Shown here one piece after another: positions 46,501 to 54,829 of a stretch of 61,119 nucleotides of DNA. The notes under the pieces were generated by a model. It did not search any database. It worked only from the letters and a program-made list of their open reading frames with translations, and was not told the DNA's origin. A program made the translations under genes and the position numbers. This DNA comes from an uncultured Rhodothermales bacterium (GTDB taxonomy: Bacteria > Bacteroidota > Rhodothermia > Rhodothermales > VXPQ01): assembly GCA_964570345.1 (NCBI GenBank), contig CAZMXY010000001.1, forward strand, positions 5,637-66,755. The letters run 5' to 3'. Each line of letters starts with the position of its first letter. Position 1 is the first letter of the stretch.

Positions 46501-47224
46501 GCGTGGCCGTCGTTCCCTCAAAGTCCACGATCTCGAGCTTCCCCTGGCGCGCGCGCTGCACGACGTCGTCGTAGATGCCCAGAAGCTGGGCGAAGCTCAT
46601 GCGGTCGGCGGCCTTGATGTTCGGTACGAGCAGGGTGCGCTTGCCCCGCCGTTCGAGGTCGATGGCGAGACCGAGATTCACCTGCTTGGGAATGACGTGA
46701 AGCGGCGTCCCGTTGTCGTGTCGGAACGTCGTATTCATGTTCGGAAACTCTTTGAGCGCTTTCACGAACGCCCAGGCGATGAGGTGCGTGAACGAGACTT
46801 TTTCACCCCCGACGTAGCGCTGATAGTCGTTGACGAGCTTCCGATTCTCCGACATCAGCTTGACCGGCACCGTGCGGATGGAGGTGGCCGTCGGCACGCC
46901 GAGGCTCGCCTCCATGTTCTCGACGATCTTCGCCTGCGGCCCGCGGATGGGCTCGGTCCTGACGTCGTCTTCAGTCGACACCGGCGCGGATGCCGGCGTC
47001 ACCGGCTCGGGCAGTGCCCCGTCTCCCCCGTCTCGACGCGCCTTGACGACCAGCTTCTCCGGTGCCGGCGCGGACGGCGTACGCGCTTCTTTGGCCGCGA
47101 TAAACGATTCGCTCGGACGATAGTCCGCAAAAAAGTCTCGCCAACTCTCACTAACGCTTTCCGGATCGTCGAGATACTGGCGGTAGAGCTCCTCTATGTA
47201 GCCGGTGTTAAATCCGAGACTCAC
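43541..47224 (-). CDS. sucA: 2-oxoglutarate dehydrogenase E1 component fused to an N-terminal E2-type acyltransferase catalytic domain (Kgd/OdhA architecture)
   Basis: 1227 aa. The N-terminus is MSLGFNTGYIEELYRQYLDDPESVSESWRDFF. Residues about 92-325 form a 2-oxoacid dehydrogenase acyltransferase domain ending in the TYDHRVIQGAESGAFL catalytic motif. E1o motifs follow (KRFSLEGAESVIPLLD, GMAHRGRLNVLANIL, LHGDAAFAGQGVV). The 1070-aa antisense ORF 44168..47380 is a shadow. Confidence 0.93.
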   Translation of the reverse strand: MSLGFNTGYIEELYRQYLDDPESVSESWRDFFADYRPSESFIAAKEARTPSAPAPEKLVVKARRDGGDGALPEPVTPASAPVSTEDDVRTEPIRGPQAKIVENMEASLGVPTATSIRTVPVKLMSENRKLVNDYQRYVGGEKVSFTHLIAWAFVKALKEFPNMNTTFRHDNGTPLHVIPKQVNLGLAIDLERRGKRTLLVPNIKAADRMSFAQLLGIYDDVVQRARQGKLEIVDFEGTTATLTNPGMIGTTMSVARLMPGQGVIVGAGAIGYPPEYYAYPPESVSKVGISEVMTITSTYDHRVIQGAESGAFLSYIAELLLGGHDFYQEIFEHLTIPYQPYSLSTDSTPQLGATEQTEEMSMTQKQARVLQFIRSYRVRGHLQADVNPLGYSWSYHPELDPATYDLTVWDLDRKFVTGGLGGKDIRPLREIIEIVRDTYTRKVGIEYMHISDPTEKRWLQERIEPVRCEEPIAPEAKRRILQKLNAAEAFERFIHTKYIGHKRFSLEGAESVIPLLDAVLSDAAEQEAEEIVMGMAHRGRLNVLANILNKPYEAIFSEFEGNIDPNTTQGSGDVKYHLGAKGEHVSPMGARVKLTLASNPSHLEAVDPIVEGMVRAKQELMREKNVDTPGGDYLDSVIPLLIHGDAAFAGQGVVTETLNLSHLRGYKTGGTIHVIINNQIGFTTTPSDARSSTYATDVARTIQAPIIHVNGDDPEACVRVARLAIDYRNVFNKDVVIDMLCYRVHGHNEGDEPTYTQPLLYKKIEEKRSPRKIYTETLLRRGEMEPDEAEKLLEDYRDRLQEAFDRTRELDTDEAADRFDLLRKKKKAEPVLEEVETKARMEDLEAIVKALVELPQDLNVHKKLIRQFERREKLFHEEKKIDWSFAEVLAFGSLLLEGTTVRLSGQDSRRGTFSQRHAVLYDQESGEEYIPLNNVREGQAKLLIYDSLLSEYAAAGFEYGYTVGDPAALVLWEAQFGDFANGAQIVFDQFLSVAEEKWGQRSNLVLLLPHGYEGQGPEHSSARPERFLQMCAEDNMIVGNFTTPANYFHALRRQIKWKVHKPLIVMAPKSLLRHPKVVSRPEDFSEGRFLKIMKGEAEPSKAKRLILCSGKIFYDLLQEREERELDPDDVAIVRVEQYHPFPETEIREEIERYGTVEDVAWVQEEPENMGAWSFMRHRLDALLEELHGPCEVRVTYVGRPPSASTATGSARVHQQEQGEILRVALSV

Positions 47225-47304
47225 GGTACGATGTTCTTTGGTGCCTTGGTGTCAGTACGAGATAACGAATGGGCAGGGGTTGGGGTTCGCCGTCCAGGCA
47301 CGCG

Positions 47305-48282
47305 TCAAAGCCATCCGCACTCTCTGTACCACGTAATCGTCTCTTCGATACCCTCTTTCAGGGATTTGCGTTGTCCGTAGCCGAAATCACGTTTCGCCTT
47401 CTCGATCGAGCACATTTTGCAGACTCGGCGAATCTCCCGTGCCTTCTCGCGATTGAGCGGCGGGTAGGTCCCGCTCATCTTGCCGATCAGCTCCACCGCC
47501 GCTCCGATGACGTCGACGAGTATCGGCGGCACGGCGACCGTAAGGGCCCGGCGCTCGAGCGGGCCTGTCGCGGCATGCTTGACATCGCTCCACGAATAGA
47601 AAGTTTCGCTGCCGAGGAAATAAGTCTGACGCGCCGCCGCGCGTGATTCGGCCGCATCCACCATCCCCCGCACCAGATCCGAGACGTGTACGAGGCTCAG
47701 CGCCGGCTCGCTAACGCTTCCGACGACCGGACAGATGCCTCTGCTCATCGTCTTGAAGAAGGTGAATACGTCTCTTTCACGCGGACCGTACACGGTGGCC
47801 GGGCGGATGACGGTAATCGGAACGGCACCGTCCAGCTCTCGCAGTCGCCCTTCCATGAGGGCCTTGCTTCGTCCGTAGCGGCTGATGGGACGGAGCGGCG
47901 TTTCCTCGTTCGCCACTCCGCCGCATGGCCCGACGACCGCAAGACTACTCGTTACGAGCACCCTCTCAACGTCGGGATTGACCCTGGCGACGGTCTCAAC
48001 GAGCCGGATCGTCGCCTCGACGTTGTCCCGCTCGAACGTTTCCCAATCCTTCGCTCGCGTGACGCCCCCGACATGGTATACCGAATCGACGTCCCGTACG
48101 GCCTCCGCAACGGTCTCGTCGTCGAACAGGTCCGCCCGAACTTCGACCACGTCCAGGCCGGATAGCCATTTCGGATCGTGACGCACGAGGCAGCGAACCT
48201 CTCCGTATCCTCGGCGCAGCAGTTCTTCGGCCAGATGGCTGCCGATGAAGCCCGTGCCGCCGGTGATGAATGCTTTCTTCAT
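47305..48282 (-). CDS. NAD-dependent epimerase/dehydratase (extended SDR family)
   Basis: 325 aa. Begins MKKAFITGGTGFIGSHLAEELLRRGY (a Rossmann TGxxGxxG motif). Contains the YGRSK active-site motif (YxxxK). Confidence 0.85.
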   Translation of the reverse strand: MKKAFITGGTGFIGSHLAEELLRRGYGEVRCLVRHDPKWLSGLDVVEVRADLFDDETVAEAVRDVDSVYHVGGVTRAKDWETFERDNVEATIRLVETVARVNPDVERVLVTSSLAVVGPCGGVANEETPLRPISRYGRSKALMEGRLRELDGAVPITVIRPATVYGPRERDVFTFFKTMSRGICPVVGSVSEPALSLVHVSDLVRGMVDAAESRAAARQTYFLGSETFYSWSDVKHAATGPLERRALTVAVPPILVDVIGAAVELIGKMSGTYPPLNREKAREIRRVCKMCSIEKAKRDFGYGQRKSLKEGIEETITWYRECGWL

Positions 48283-48375
48283 GAGTCGAGCGCGACCGGT
48301 GGGGCCGGCAGAGGGACGGACGGACGGCCCGAGAGCACTCGACGTTCGGCGTCCTCTCGCCTCCCGACGTCCGAC

Positions 48376-49779
48376 CTACCACCGCCTGAGACTGACGACA
48401 TTCTCTACGTGGTGCGTATGGGGAAAGAGGTCCACGGGCTGCACGTCGACAATCTGGTAGTGATCGGCCAGCGCCTTGAGATCGCGTGCCTGAGTCTGCG
48501 GATTGCAGCTGACGTAAACGAACCGCTCCGGCCCGAGCTCGGCCACGCGCTCGGCGACTTTCGGATGCATGCCGGCTCGCGGCGGATCGACGATGAGCAC
48601 GTCCGGAGGGCCGTGTCGATCAACGAAAGCGCGGTCGAAGAGCCGCAGCATGTCGCCCACTTCAAAAACGCAATTAGAGACGTCGTTCGCTTCGGCATTC
48701 GATCGGGCGTTTGCGACCGCCTCTTCCACGAGTTCAATGCCGACCACGCGCCCGGCGTCTCCGGCGACGAAAACGGAAATCGTCCCCGCACCACAGTACA
48801 GGTCGTAGACGACGTCGTCGGGGCGCAGATCGGCGAAGTCGCGCGCCGTTTCGTAGAGCCGCTCGGCTCCGGCGGTGTTCGTTTGAAAGAACGCGTTGGC
48901 CGCGATTTCGAACGTATAGGGCCCGATCCGGTCGTGGATGACGCCCGGACCGAATATCACCTTGATCTCTTCGCCGAAGGCCGTCTGCGCCTTGCCCGTG
49001 TTGATCGTGTTGACGAGCGTCGTCACGTCGGGAAAATCGTCCCGGACATAGCCGGCCAGCAATTCCATCCGCTCGGCGTCGTACCCGTTGGTCACGAGAT
49101 TTATCATCAGATCGCCCGTCCGCTCGCCGGTGCGAATGACGAGGTGCCGGAGAAACCCTACGTGAGCGCGGACGTCCCACGGATCCCATCCGTGACCTTT
49201 TACGAAACGACGTACACCGTTGACGAGCGCGGCGCTGCGCTCCGACTGCAGATGGCACTCATGGAGGTCGAGCACTTTGTCGAAGTGCCCCGGCACGTGG
49301 AGCCCGAGGGCGAATTCGGTGTCGAATTCTTCTCCGGTGTCGATTTCCTCGCGCGTCAGCCAGCGTGCCGCGCTGAAGGAAAACTCCATCTTGTTGCGAT
49401 AGAAATAGACGTTCTCCGAGCCGATCGCGGGACGCACGTGGACGTTTTCGAAGCCTCCGTTATGGATGAGAGCATCGCGAACGCTGCTCGTTTTCGCCTC
49501 GAGCTGCGCGGCGTATTCGACGTGCTGCCACTTGCATCCGCCGCAGGTGCCGAAATAGAAACAGCGCGGCTCGGTCCGAAGGGTACTTGGTTCGAGCACT
49601 TCCTCCAGATACGCCTCGGCATAGCTTTTCTTCGCTCGTCCGATTCGTGCTCGGACGCGGTCGCCGGGCACGGCACCCGAAACGAATATGACGTATCCGT
49701 TCCGACGAGCGAGCGATTTGCCGCGGTCGGCGAATTTTTCGATCTCCAGCTCTAATTCCTCTCCTCGCTTCAGTCGCAC
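48376..49779 (-). CDS. rlmD: 23S rRNA (uracil-5)-methyltransferase RlmD/RumA family (TRAM + Fe-S + SAM MTase)
   Basis: The TRAM domain is LEIEKFADRGKSLARRNGYVIFVSGAVPGDRV. The Fe-S cysteines are CFYFGTCGGCKWQH. MTase motifs are FFQTN, DLYCGAGT and DPPRAGMHP. I prefer the GTG at 49779. The track ATG at 49833 would overlap the upstream gene by 38 nt. Confidence 0.85.
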   Translation of the reverse strand: MRLKRGEELELEIEKFADRGKSLARRNGYVIFVSGAVPGDRVRARIGRAKKSYAEAYLEEVLEPSTLRTEPRCFYFGTCGGCKWQHVEYAAQLEAKTSSVRDALIHNGGFENVHVRPAIGSENVYFYRNKMEFSFSAARWLTREEIDTGEEFDTEFALGLHVPGHFDKVLDLHECHLQSERSAALVNGVRRFVKGHGWDPWDVRAHVGFLRHLVIRTGERTGDLMINLVTNGYDAERMELLAGYVRDDFPDVTTLVNTINTGKAQTAFGEEIKVIFGPGVIHDRIGPYTFEIAANAFFQTNTAGAERLYETARDFADLRPDDVVYDLYCGAGTISVFVAGDAGRVVGIELVEEAVANARSNAEANDVSNCVFEVGDMLRLFDRAFVDRHGPPDVLIVDPPRAGMHPKVAERVAELGPERFVYVSCNPQTQARDLKALADHYQIVDVQPVDLFPHTHHVENVVSLRRW

Positions 49780-49795
49780 GCTCTCGGTCTCTGCT

Positions 49796-50401
49796 TTATG
49801 AGATAGTCGTCTCGGTGGCCGCGCGGTCCACACGGACCGCTGCGTTGTCCACCATCCGTAAGGCTTCGATCTTGCCGTCCTTTTCTACGAGGACGCGGAT
49901 GAGCTCGGTTTCCATGGCGGCGAGGTTGCGGGCGAGGGCGTCCACGATTACAGCGCCCGATCCCGGACGGCGCTTGATGATTGTTTTCAGGTCGGGGCGA
50001 AAAAATCCGAGTACTCGTGTTTCTGTGATGGCTTGAGCCGTCTCGATGCGTCTGAAATCACCTAGAAGCGACAGCTTGCCGAAGAACTCGTGCTCGCCGA
50101 CCTGTCGCAGCTCGTGCACGGCGCCGGCATCGTCCTCGATCAGTAGGCGAATGCGTCCTTGCTGAACGACGTACATCCCTAGTCCCGGATCGCGTTCGTA
50201 GTACAGAAATTCGTCGCGTTTGTAGTCACGCCGGTGGACGGCGTCGGCCAGGTCCCTGAGGGCGACGCGGGGAAGATTTCGGAAGATGGCGACCTGCTGA
50301 AGCGCTTCGATTACTTCCTGCGTCTGAGAGTCTTCACCGGACGGGAATAGGCGCCGCACGCGAAGGGCCAGGCGCTTGACGGGGTGTCGTTTTTCTGCCA
50401 T
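49796..50401 (-). CDS. stand-alone cyclic-nucleotide-binding domain protein
   Basis: 201 aa with a cNMP-binding fold signature (FRNLPRVALRDLADAV...RDEFLYYERDPGLGMYVVQQGRIRL...FFGKLSLLG...R.ETAQAI). No DNA-binding HTH is evident. Confidence 0.8.
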   Translation of the reverse strand: MAEKRHPVKRLALRVRRLFPSGEDSQTQEVIEALQQVAIFRNLPRVALRDLADAVHRRDYKRDEFLYYERDPGLGMYVVQQGRIRLLIEDDAGAVHELRQVGEHEFFGKLSLLGDFRRIETAQAITETRVLGFFRPDLKTIIKRRPGSGAVIVDALARNLAAMETELIRVLVEKDGKIEALRMVDNAAVRVDRAATETTIS

Positions 50402-50495
50402 GGGATGAATCGATCAGCACGGAGTAAAGGATCGAGTGCCGGCCCCGGCCCGGACGCCGCGGCCGAAACCGGCACACCAACGTCGCCGAGGACGA

Positions 50496-53159
50496 TCAGA
50501 ATGCATGGCCGATGCCGAAATGGGGCTGAATGTCACCGAATCCGTCCGGCATCAGACCGTCTCCGCGCCGACGTGGATCGTACACTTTCAGGCCGAGGTC
50601 GAGGCGGATAATCAGATATTCCCATGCGATGCGCAAGCCGATTCCGGAACCAACGCCGATCTCGCGAAAAAACGCGTCGACCCTGAACTGCCCGTTCGCA
50701 CTCCTCGGCACGTCGTCACCGAATCCGGGATTTCGCGGGCCGAACCAGACGTTTCCCGCATCGGCGAAGAGTACGCCGAGCCAGTCGGCTGCGAGGACCG
50801 ATCGCAACAGGTTCGTCCGCAGCTCCAGTCCGGCTTCGAGCTTCACTTCACCACCCAGAATGTTCGTGACATCGCCGGCCTGAACGTTCGTCGTGTCCAT
50901 TTCGTCGGCCGTCGCAAATCTCGCGCCGCCCGGTCCTAGTTCGCGCAGCCCCCAACCGCGGACGCTGGAGGCACCGCCGGCATAGAACCGGCGATCGAAC
51001 GGAATGACGTCTGCATCTCCCGTCGGATGGGCAAATCCACCGACGAATTTGGCGGCCAGCACGTTTCCGCGGCTGAGAGGAACGTAGCGTCGAACGTCCC
51101 CGACGAATCGAGCGTACTGTCGATAGACGAGCCGACCGGGCGTACCCTCCTCGCTGAAAATGGGAAGGCCGGGAAGACTTCCCTCGAGCGTCCCCGGCGT
51201 GTAGACGAAACGATCCAGGAGATAGGGCAGATTATTGCCGACCTCCACGCCGGCCTCGTAACTGTATCCGCGGTCGCGCCGGAGCGGATTCACGTTGGCG
51301 GAGCGGAGCGTGTACCGAAGAGCCGTATTGACCTGCGGCCGTGTGTAGACTTCGACGATCCGAGCCTGCTGCACCGGATCGGCGACGGACCGAAGCAGCC
51401 GGTCGAGAATGTCGGTACGGAATCCGGCCAGCGTATCCGGATTACTCAGACTCACGTCGATCACGTCGACGAAGGACGTGATCGTAGGCGAGTGTCGCAT
51501 CTCGAGCAGATAGCGTGCATTGCCTCGTCCGCGGATGATCAGCTTCAGATCGTCCCTGCGCGCCGTGAGCAGACTGAGTGAGAAGCGCGTTCGAGCATCG
51601 TACAGATCGAGCGCGGATTCTAGCCGGCTGAACGGCCGCACGAGATACGGATAGGTGAGTGACGTGAGGATTTCCCCCTGAGTGGCCGCCACCGCGGTCA
51701 GCTCATTGTTAGCCGCAATTGAGCCGGTCGCCTGCACGCGAAACGTCTCGCCGCGTCCGAGCAGGTTTGCATTCTCGTAGGTGATCCCGACTCCGGTACC
51801 GAGTTCCGTCGTCGACGTCAAGAGGCCCTCTCCACTCCGCTGTAGCATGAACGTCTCGAGGCGAATCTGGTGGCGCCTGCGCGTTCGGAGATCGACGACG
51901 TGGGGAAGGCGTGGAGGTGCACCCGGACGCAGTCGAATCGTATCGGATGGCTGCGCCGCGACGTCCGTAAACAGAAAAACGCCCGTGCCCTCGAGGCGGC
52001 GCTTCGTCGCGAGTACGGACGCCAGCGAGTACCAATCGCCCGGTCGAAACTGAAGCGTCCTCGTCAGCAAACCCGGCGCCAACCTGTTCTCGTTATCGAT
52101 ATGGATCGTCGCTATGCCGCCGGCCAGGCTGTCGGCCGGCGCTCGCAACGTTACGGTGTCTCGGCGCGTCGACGCGGAAGGTTCAGGACCATCCACTTGA
52201 AAATGCACGTCACCAAATCGATAGCGCGGGCCGGTGCGTACGCGGAACGTGATGTCGAAGCTGTCCGCCGACTGCGGAAAAACGAGGGCGCGGATGGAGT
52301 CGCGTGTGACCGAGGCAAACCCCTCATTCCGGAGAAACGTGAGTACGCGACGACGTTCCTCGAGGAGGGTCGGCTCCGAGTACCGCTGATCCCGCATCGC
52401 CAGAGAATGCGGGCGATCGCGACTGATGCGCTCGGTTCTCAGGAGCGTTCCTCGCGCGAGACGATACTGCTGTTCCGAGGATAAGGGCGCGAGCCCATCG
52501 TAGACGACGTGCCGGATATAGGTCGGATTGCCGGGATCGATGACGAACGAAACGGCCACTTCGCCGACGTCGAGCGTATCGATCCGGGCGTCGACCTCCG
52601 CTTCGCGGAATCCTTCCTGCCGGTAGAGCAGGCGCAGCCGTTCGGCGTCCGCAGTCACGACGTTCCAGTCCAGACGAGCGGGCGGCTCCCCGCCGGCCAT
52701 GAGCGCGCCGCCGATACGCTCTCCCAGAACGCCCGACTCGCCGAACTCATAGAGCCAGAGCCACCACGTCAGCCCGCCGATGCCGAGAAAGCGGCGATTC
52801 GGCCGCGTCCGAACGCGGAGCGCGAGCTCTTCTTCCGTGAAGAACACGTTGCCGACGAATCGGACTTCCTTGACGATGGTCGATGCCGTCGTCGTGTCGA
52901 TCCCTCCCTCCACACGCCCCTCTTGAGCGTGGGCCGGCGAGACGGGAACGAGGAGAAAGAAAAAGAGGAGAAAGAAAAAAAGGCCGTTGAGGCCTGCTGA
53001 GATGAAAGAGCTTCCGCGGCCGACCGGGCCGCTAAAACGTCGAATTAACGGAGGATGCCGGCGGGTCGCGTGCGCGCTAATCTTCTTCGAAATAGAAGTC
53101 GTCGTCCGCCGTCGGATAGTCCGGCCATACTTCCTCGATGCTCTCGTACGGCTCGCCAT
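50496..53159 (-). CDS. bamA: Omp85/BamA family outer-membrane protein assembly factor (POTRA repeats + C-terminal beta-barrel)
   Basis: 887 aa. POTRA-like repeats begin at IVKEVRFVGNVFFTEEELA. The C-terminal barrel has YAGGASSVRGW and a terminal aromatic (HFGIGHAF). The only canonical start upstream of the signal sequence is the ATG at 53159. That start adds about 55 Arg-rich residues and overlaps the DUF2795 gene by 83 nt. Confidence 0.85.
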   Translation of the reverse strand: MASRTRASRKYGRTIRRRTTTSISKKISAHATRRHPPLIRRFSGPVGRGSSFISAGLNGLFFFLLFFFLLVPVSPAHAQEGRVEGGIDTTTASTIVKEVRFVGNVFFTEEELALRVRTRPNRRFLGIGGLTWWLWLYEFGESGVLGERIGGALMAGGEPPARLDWNVVTADAERLRLLYRQEGFREAEVDARIDTLDVGEVAVSFVIDPGNPTYIRHVVYDGLAPLSSEQQYRLARGTLLRTERISRDRPHSLAMRDQRYSEPTLLEERRRVLTFLRNEGFASVTRDSIRALVFPQSADSFDITFRVRTGPRYRFGDVHFQVDGPEPSASTRRDTVTLRAPADSLAGGIATIHIDNENRLAPGLLTRTLQFRPGDWYSLASVLATKRRLEGTGVFLFTDVAAQPSDTIRLRPGAPPRLPHVVDLRTRRRHQIRLETFMLQRSGEGLLTSTTELGTGVGITYENANLLGRGETFRVQATGSIAANNELTAVAATQGEILTSLTYPYLVRPFSRLESALDLYDARTRFSLSLLTARRDDLKLIIRGRGNARYLLEMRHSPTITSFVDVIDVSLSNPDTLAGFRTDILDRLLRSVADPVQQARIVEVYTRPQVNTALRYTLRSANVNPLRRDRGYSYEAGVEVGNNLPYLLDRFVYTPGTLEGSLPGLPIFSEEGTPGRLVYRQYARFVGDVRRYVPLSRGNVLAAKFVGGFAHPTGDADVIPFDRRFYAGGASSVRGWGLRELGPGGARFATADEMDTTNVQAGDVTNILGGEVKLEAGLELRTNLLRSVLAADWLGVLFADAGNVWFGPRNPGFGDDVPRSANGQFRVDAFFREIGVGSGIGLRIAWEYLIIRLDLGLKVYDPRRRGDGLMPDGFGDIQPHFGIGHAF
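52950..52979. repeat. perfect 15-bp tandem duplication (GAGGAGAAAGAAAAA x2) within a ~34-nt polypurine tract
   Basis: Read directly: 52950..52964 and 52965..52979. On the minus strand it encodes the FFFLLFFFLL hydrophobic core of the BamA signal peptide. Confidence 0.85.
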
Positions 53160-53295
53160 CGTCCTCCATAATGCGGAGATTTTCGATCACCTTGAGTGGA
53201 GCGCCAGTACGCTCGGCATAGTCGATTAGTTCTTCCTTCGTAGCCGGCCAGGGAGCATCTTCGAGGTGAGAGGCCAGGTCGAGGGTCCAGTACAT
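53077..53295 (-). CDS. DUF2795-like small acidic protein
   Basis: The product from the ATG at 53295 is MYWTLDLASHLEDAPWPATKEELIDYAERTGAPLKVIENLRIMEDDG.... This matches the DUF2795 pattern (FPA.KeeLi.yAe..gAp..v...L). The track start at 53376 is an extension. Confidence 0.7.
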   Translation of the reverse strand: MYWTLDLASHLEDAPWPATKEELIDYAERTGAPLKVIENLRIMEDDGEPYESIEEVWPDYPTADDDFYFEED

Positions 53296-53462
53296 AGGTC
53301 TAATGCTTTTATCGGATGTCGAATCGGGGCGATGAGCTTGGCGCGACGTGCGATTCGACCACCGTACGCCCAGCACGCACTATAGCGCCCAGGTCCAAAA
53401 AAAGCAAGCAGCGTCAGAGCGGCGACGCCATTTCGAGAAGAGTCGCGTATCCGTCGGGAAAA

Positions 53463-54440
53463 TCAGTCGAGTGACACCGTCGAACGCTCGGTTTCTTCGA
53501 CCAGCTTCTTGTACTCCTGCGGCGTCATGCTCGGAGCGAAGAAGTAGATTGGATTGATCGTTCGGTTGTCGGCGTCGCGGACCTCGTAATGCACGTGCGG
53601 ACCGGTCGAGCGACCGGTGCTGCCGCTGATTCCGATCGCCTCGCCGCGCTTGACTTCTTTGCCGGGACGGACGTTAGCCGGGATCTTGGAGAGATGGGCA
53701 TACAGCGTCGAATACCCCGTCGCCGCATGGTTGATTACGACATGATGGCCATAGGTGGCGCTGAATTCGGCTTTCCTCACGACGCCGTCGCCCGTGGCGA
53801 CGACCGAGGAGCCGGTATCGACGAGAATGTCGACTCCCCCGTGCATCTTCCGCACACGCAAGATGGGATGCCGTCGCATGCCGTATCCCGACACCACGGG
53901 CCCGTTGGCAGGCAGGATTGCCGGTATCTGTCTGAGCTGCAGCTCGCGCTCGTCAGCCAGTTTCGTCAACTCCCGGTAGCTGGTATTCTGGAGGTTGATC
54001 TGTCGTTCGAGCTTGTCGAGTTTCTCCGACGTCGAGCTGAGAATTAACGCCGTCGGGCTACTGAATCGACCGTATTGTTCGTAGGGATCGACGCCACCGA
54101 CCCCGACCTGCCGAACGTCGTCGGAAATGGGCTCGACCTGAAAAATCGTACGGTAGAGCTCCTGGTCCGACTCGCTGAGCTCTGCCAGCCGTTCGGAATA
54201 GCTGTCCATTCGATCGCTGATGCGCGACAGCTCGCGGAACAGGACGTCATTCTCGGCCATGAGGGCCAATTCTTGCGGGGTCTGCGTGAATTCGTCGACA
54301 CCCCAGGAGAGGGCACTTGCCAACAGAAATGCCACCACGAGAAGTGCTGATCCTTGCAAGTACATTCGCGAGCGCTTCGGCCGGACCTCGACGAAGCTGC
54401 AAGATTCGTGGTCGTAGTAGTAGTATCGATTTCTCGGCAT
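53463..54440 (-). CDS. M23 family metallopeptidase (LytM-type) with an N-terminal TM anchor and coiled coil
   Basis: 325 aa. The TM helix is ALLVVAFLLASAL. M23 motifs are HGGVDI, ATYGHHVVINH and GSTGRSTGPHVHYEV. Confidence 0.9.
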   Translation of the reverse strand: MPRNRYYYYDHESCSFVEVRPKRSRMYLQGSALLVVAFLLASALSWGVDEFTQTPQELALMAENDVLFRELSRISDRMDSYSERLAELSESDQELYRTIFQVEPISDDVRQVGVGGVDPYEQYGRFSSPTALILSSTSEKLDKLERQINLQNTSYRELTKLADERELQLRQIPAILPANGPVVSGYGMRRHPILRVRKMHGGVDILVDTGSSVVATGDGVVRKAEFSATYGHHVVINHAATGYSTLYAHLSKIPANVRPGKEVKRGEAIGISGSTGRSTGPHVHYEVRDADNRTINPIYFFAPSMTPQEYKKLVEETERSTVSLD

Positions 54441-54829
54441 GCGAACTGCGATCTTAGCCAGCCTTGGGCATGTTGGATGGTCTACTGTGTTTGATGGGTC
54501 TTTCGTGAAGGTCCACGCAAAAAGCGAACCCGATTGAAAGGCCGACGGATCGGCTCAGCGTGGAATCAAGCGTGTTACCCGGATGGGGAGCAGAAATCGC
54601 CCCAAACCGGTTCATTTTGGCGGGGTTGCCGAGTGTTACGTCATCATAAAAAATGAATATAGCGGCACGTTTGGCTCCTGTCAACTGCGTCTCTGCCGCG
54701 GCGGGTCCGTGAACTTTTAACCCACTGCGGCACGAATTTACCTAAGCGCGAAATTGCAGGGAGCGTAGGTAGGACCACGTATCGGCAGGAAACGAGGCTT
54801 AATAAGTGCGATACGTAGTCGTCATCCGG

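Noticed and set aside
44168-47380. 1070-aa ORF on the plus strand, the longest plus-strand ORF in this region
   Set aside because: It lies antisense to the unmistakable E1o/Kgd gene. Its product is Arg/Leu/Gly/Val-rich low-information sequence with no motifs. It is a typical high-GC shadow ORF caused by stop-codon depletion.
48178-49755. 525-aa plus-strand ORF
   Set aside because: It lies antisense to rlmD (TRAM domain, Fe-S cysteines, SAM-MTase motifs on the minus strand). Shadow ORF.
54454-54684. 76-aa minus-strand ORF in the 389-bp intergenic gap
   Set aside because: It has no recognisable domain, signal or coupling to its neighbours, and its composition is unremarkable. I kept the region as non-coding of unknown function (see findings).
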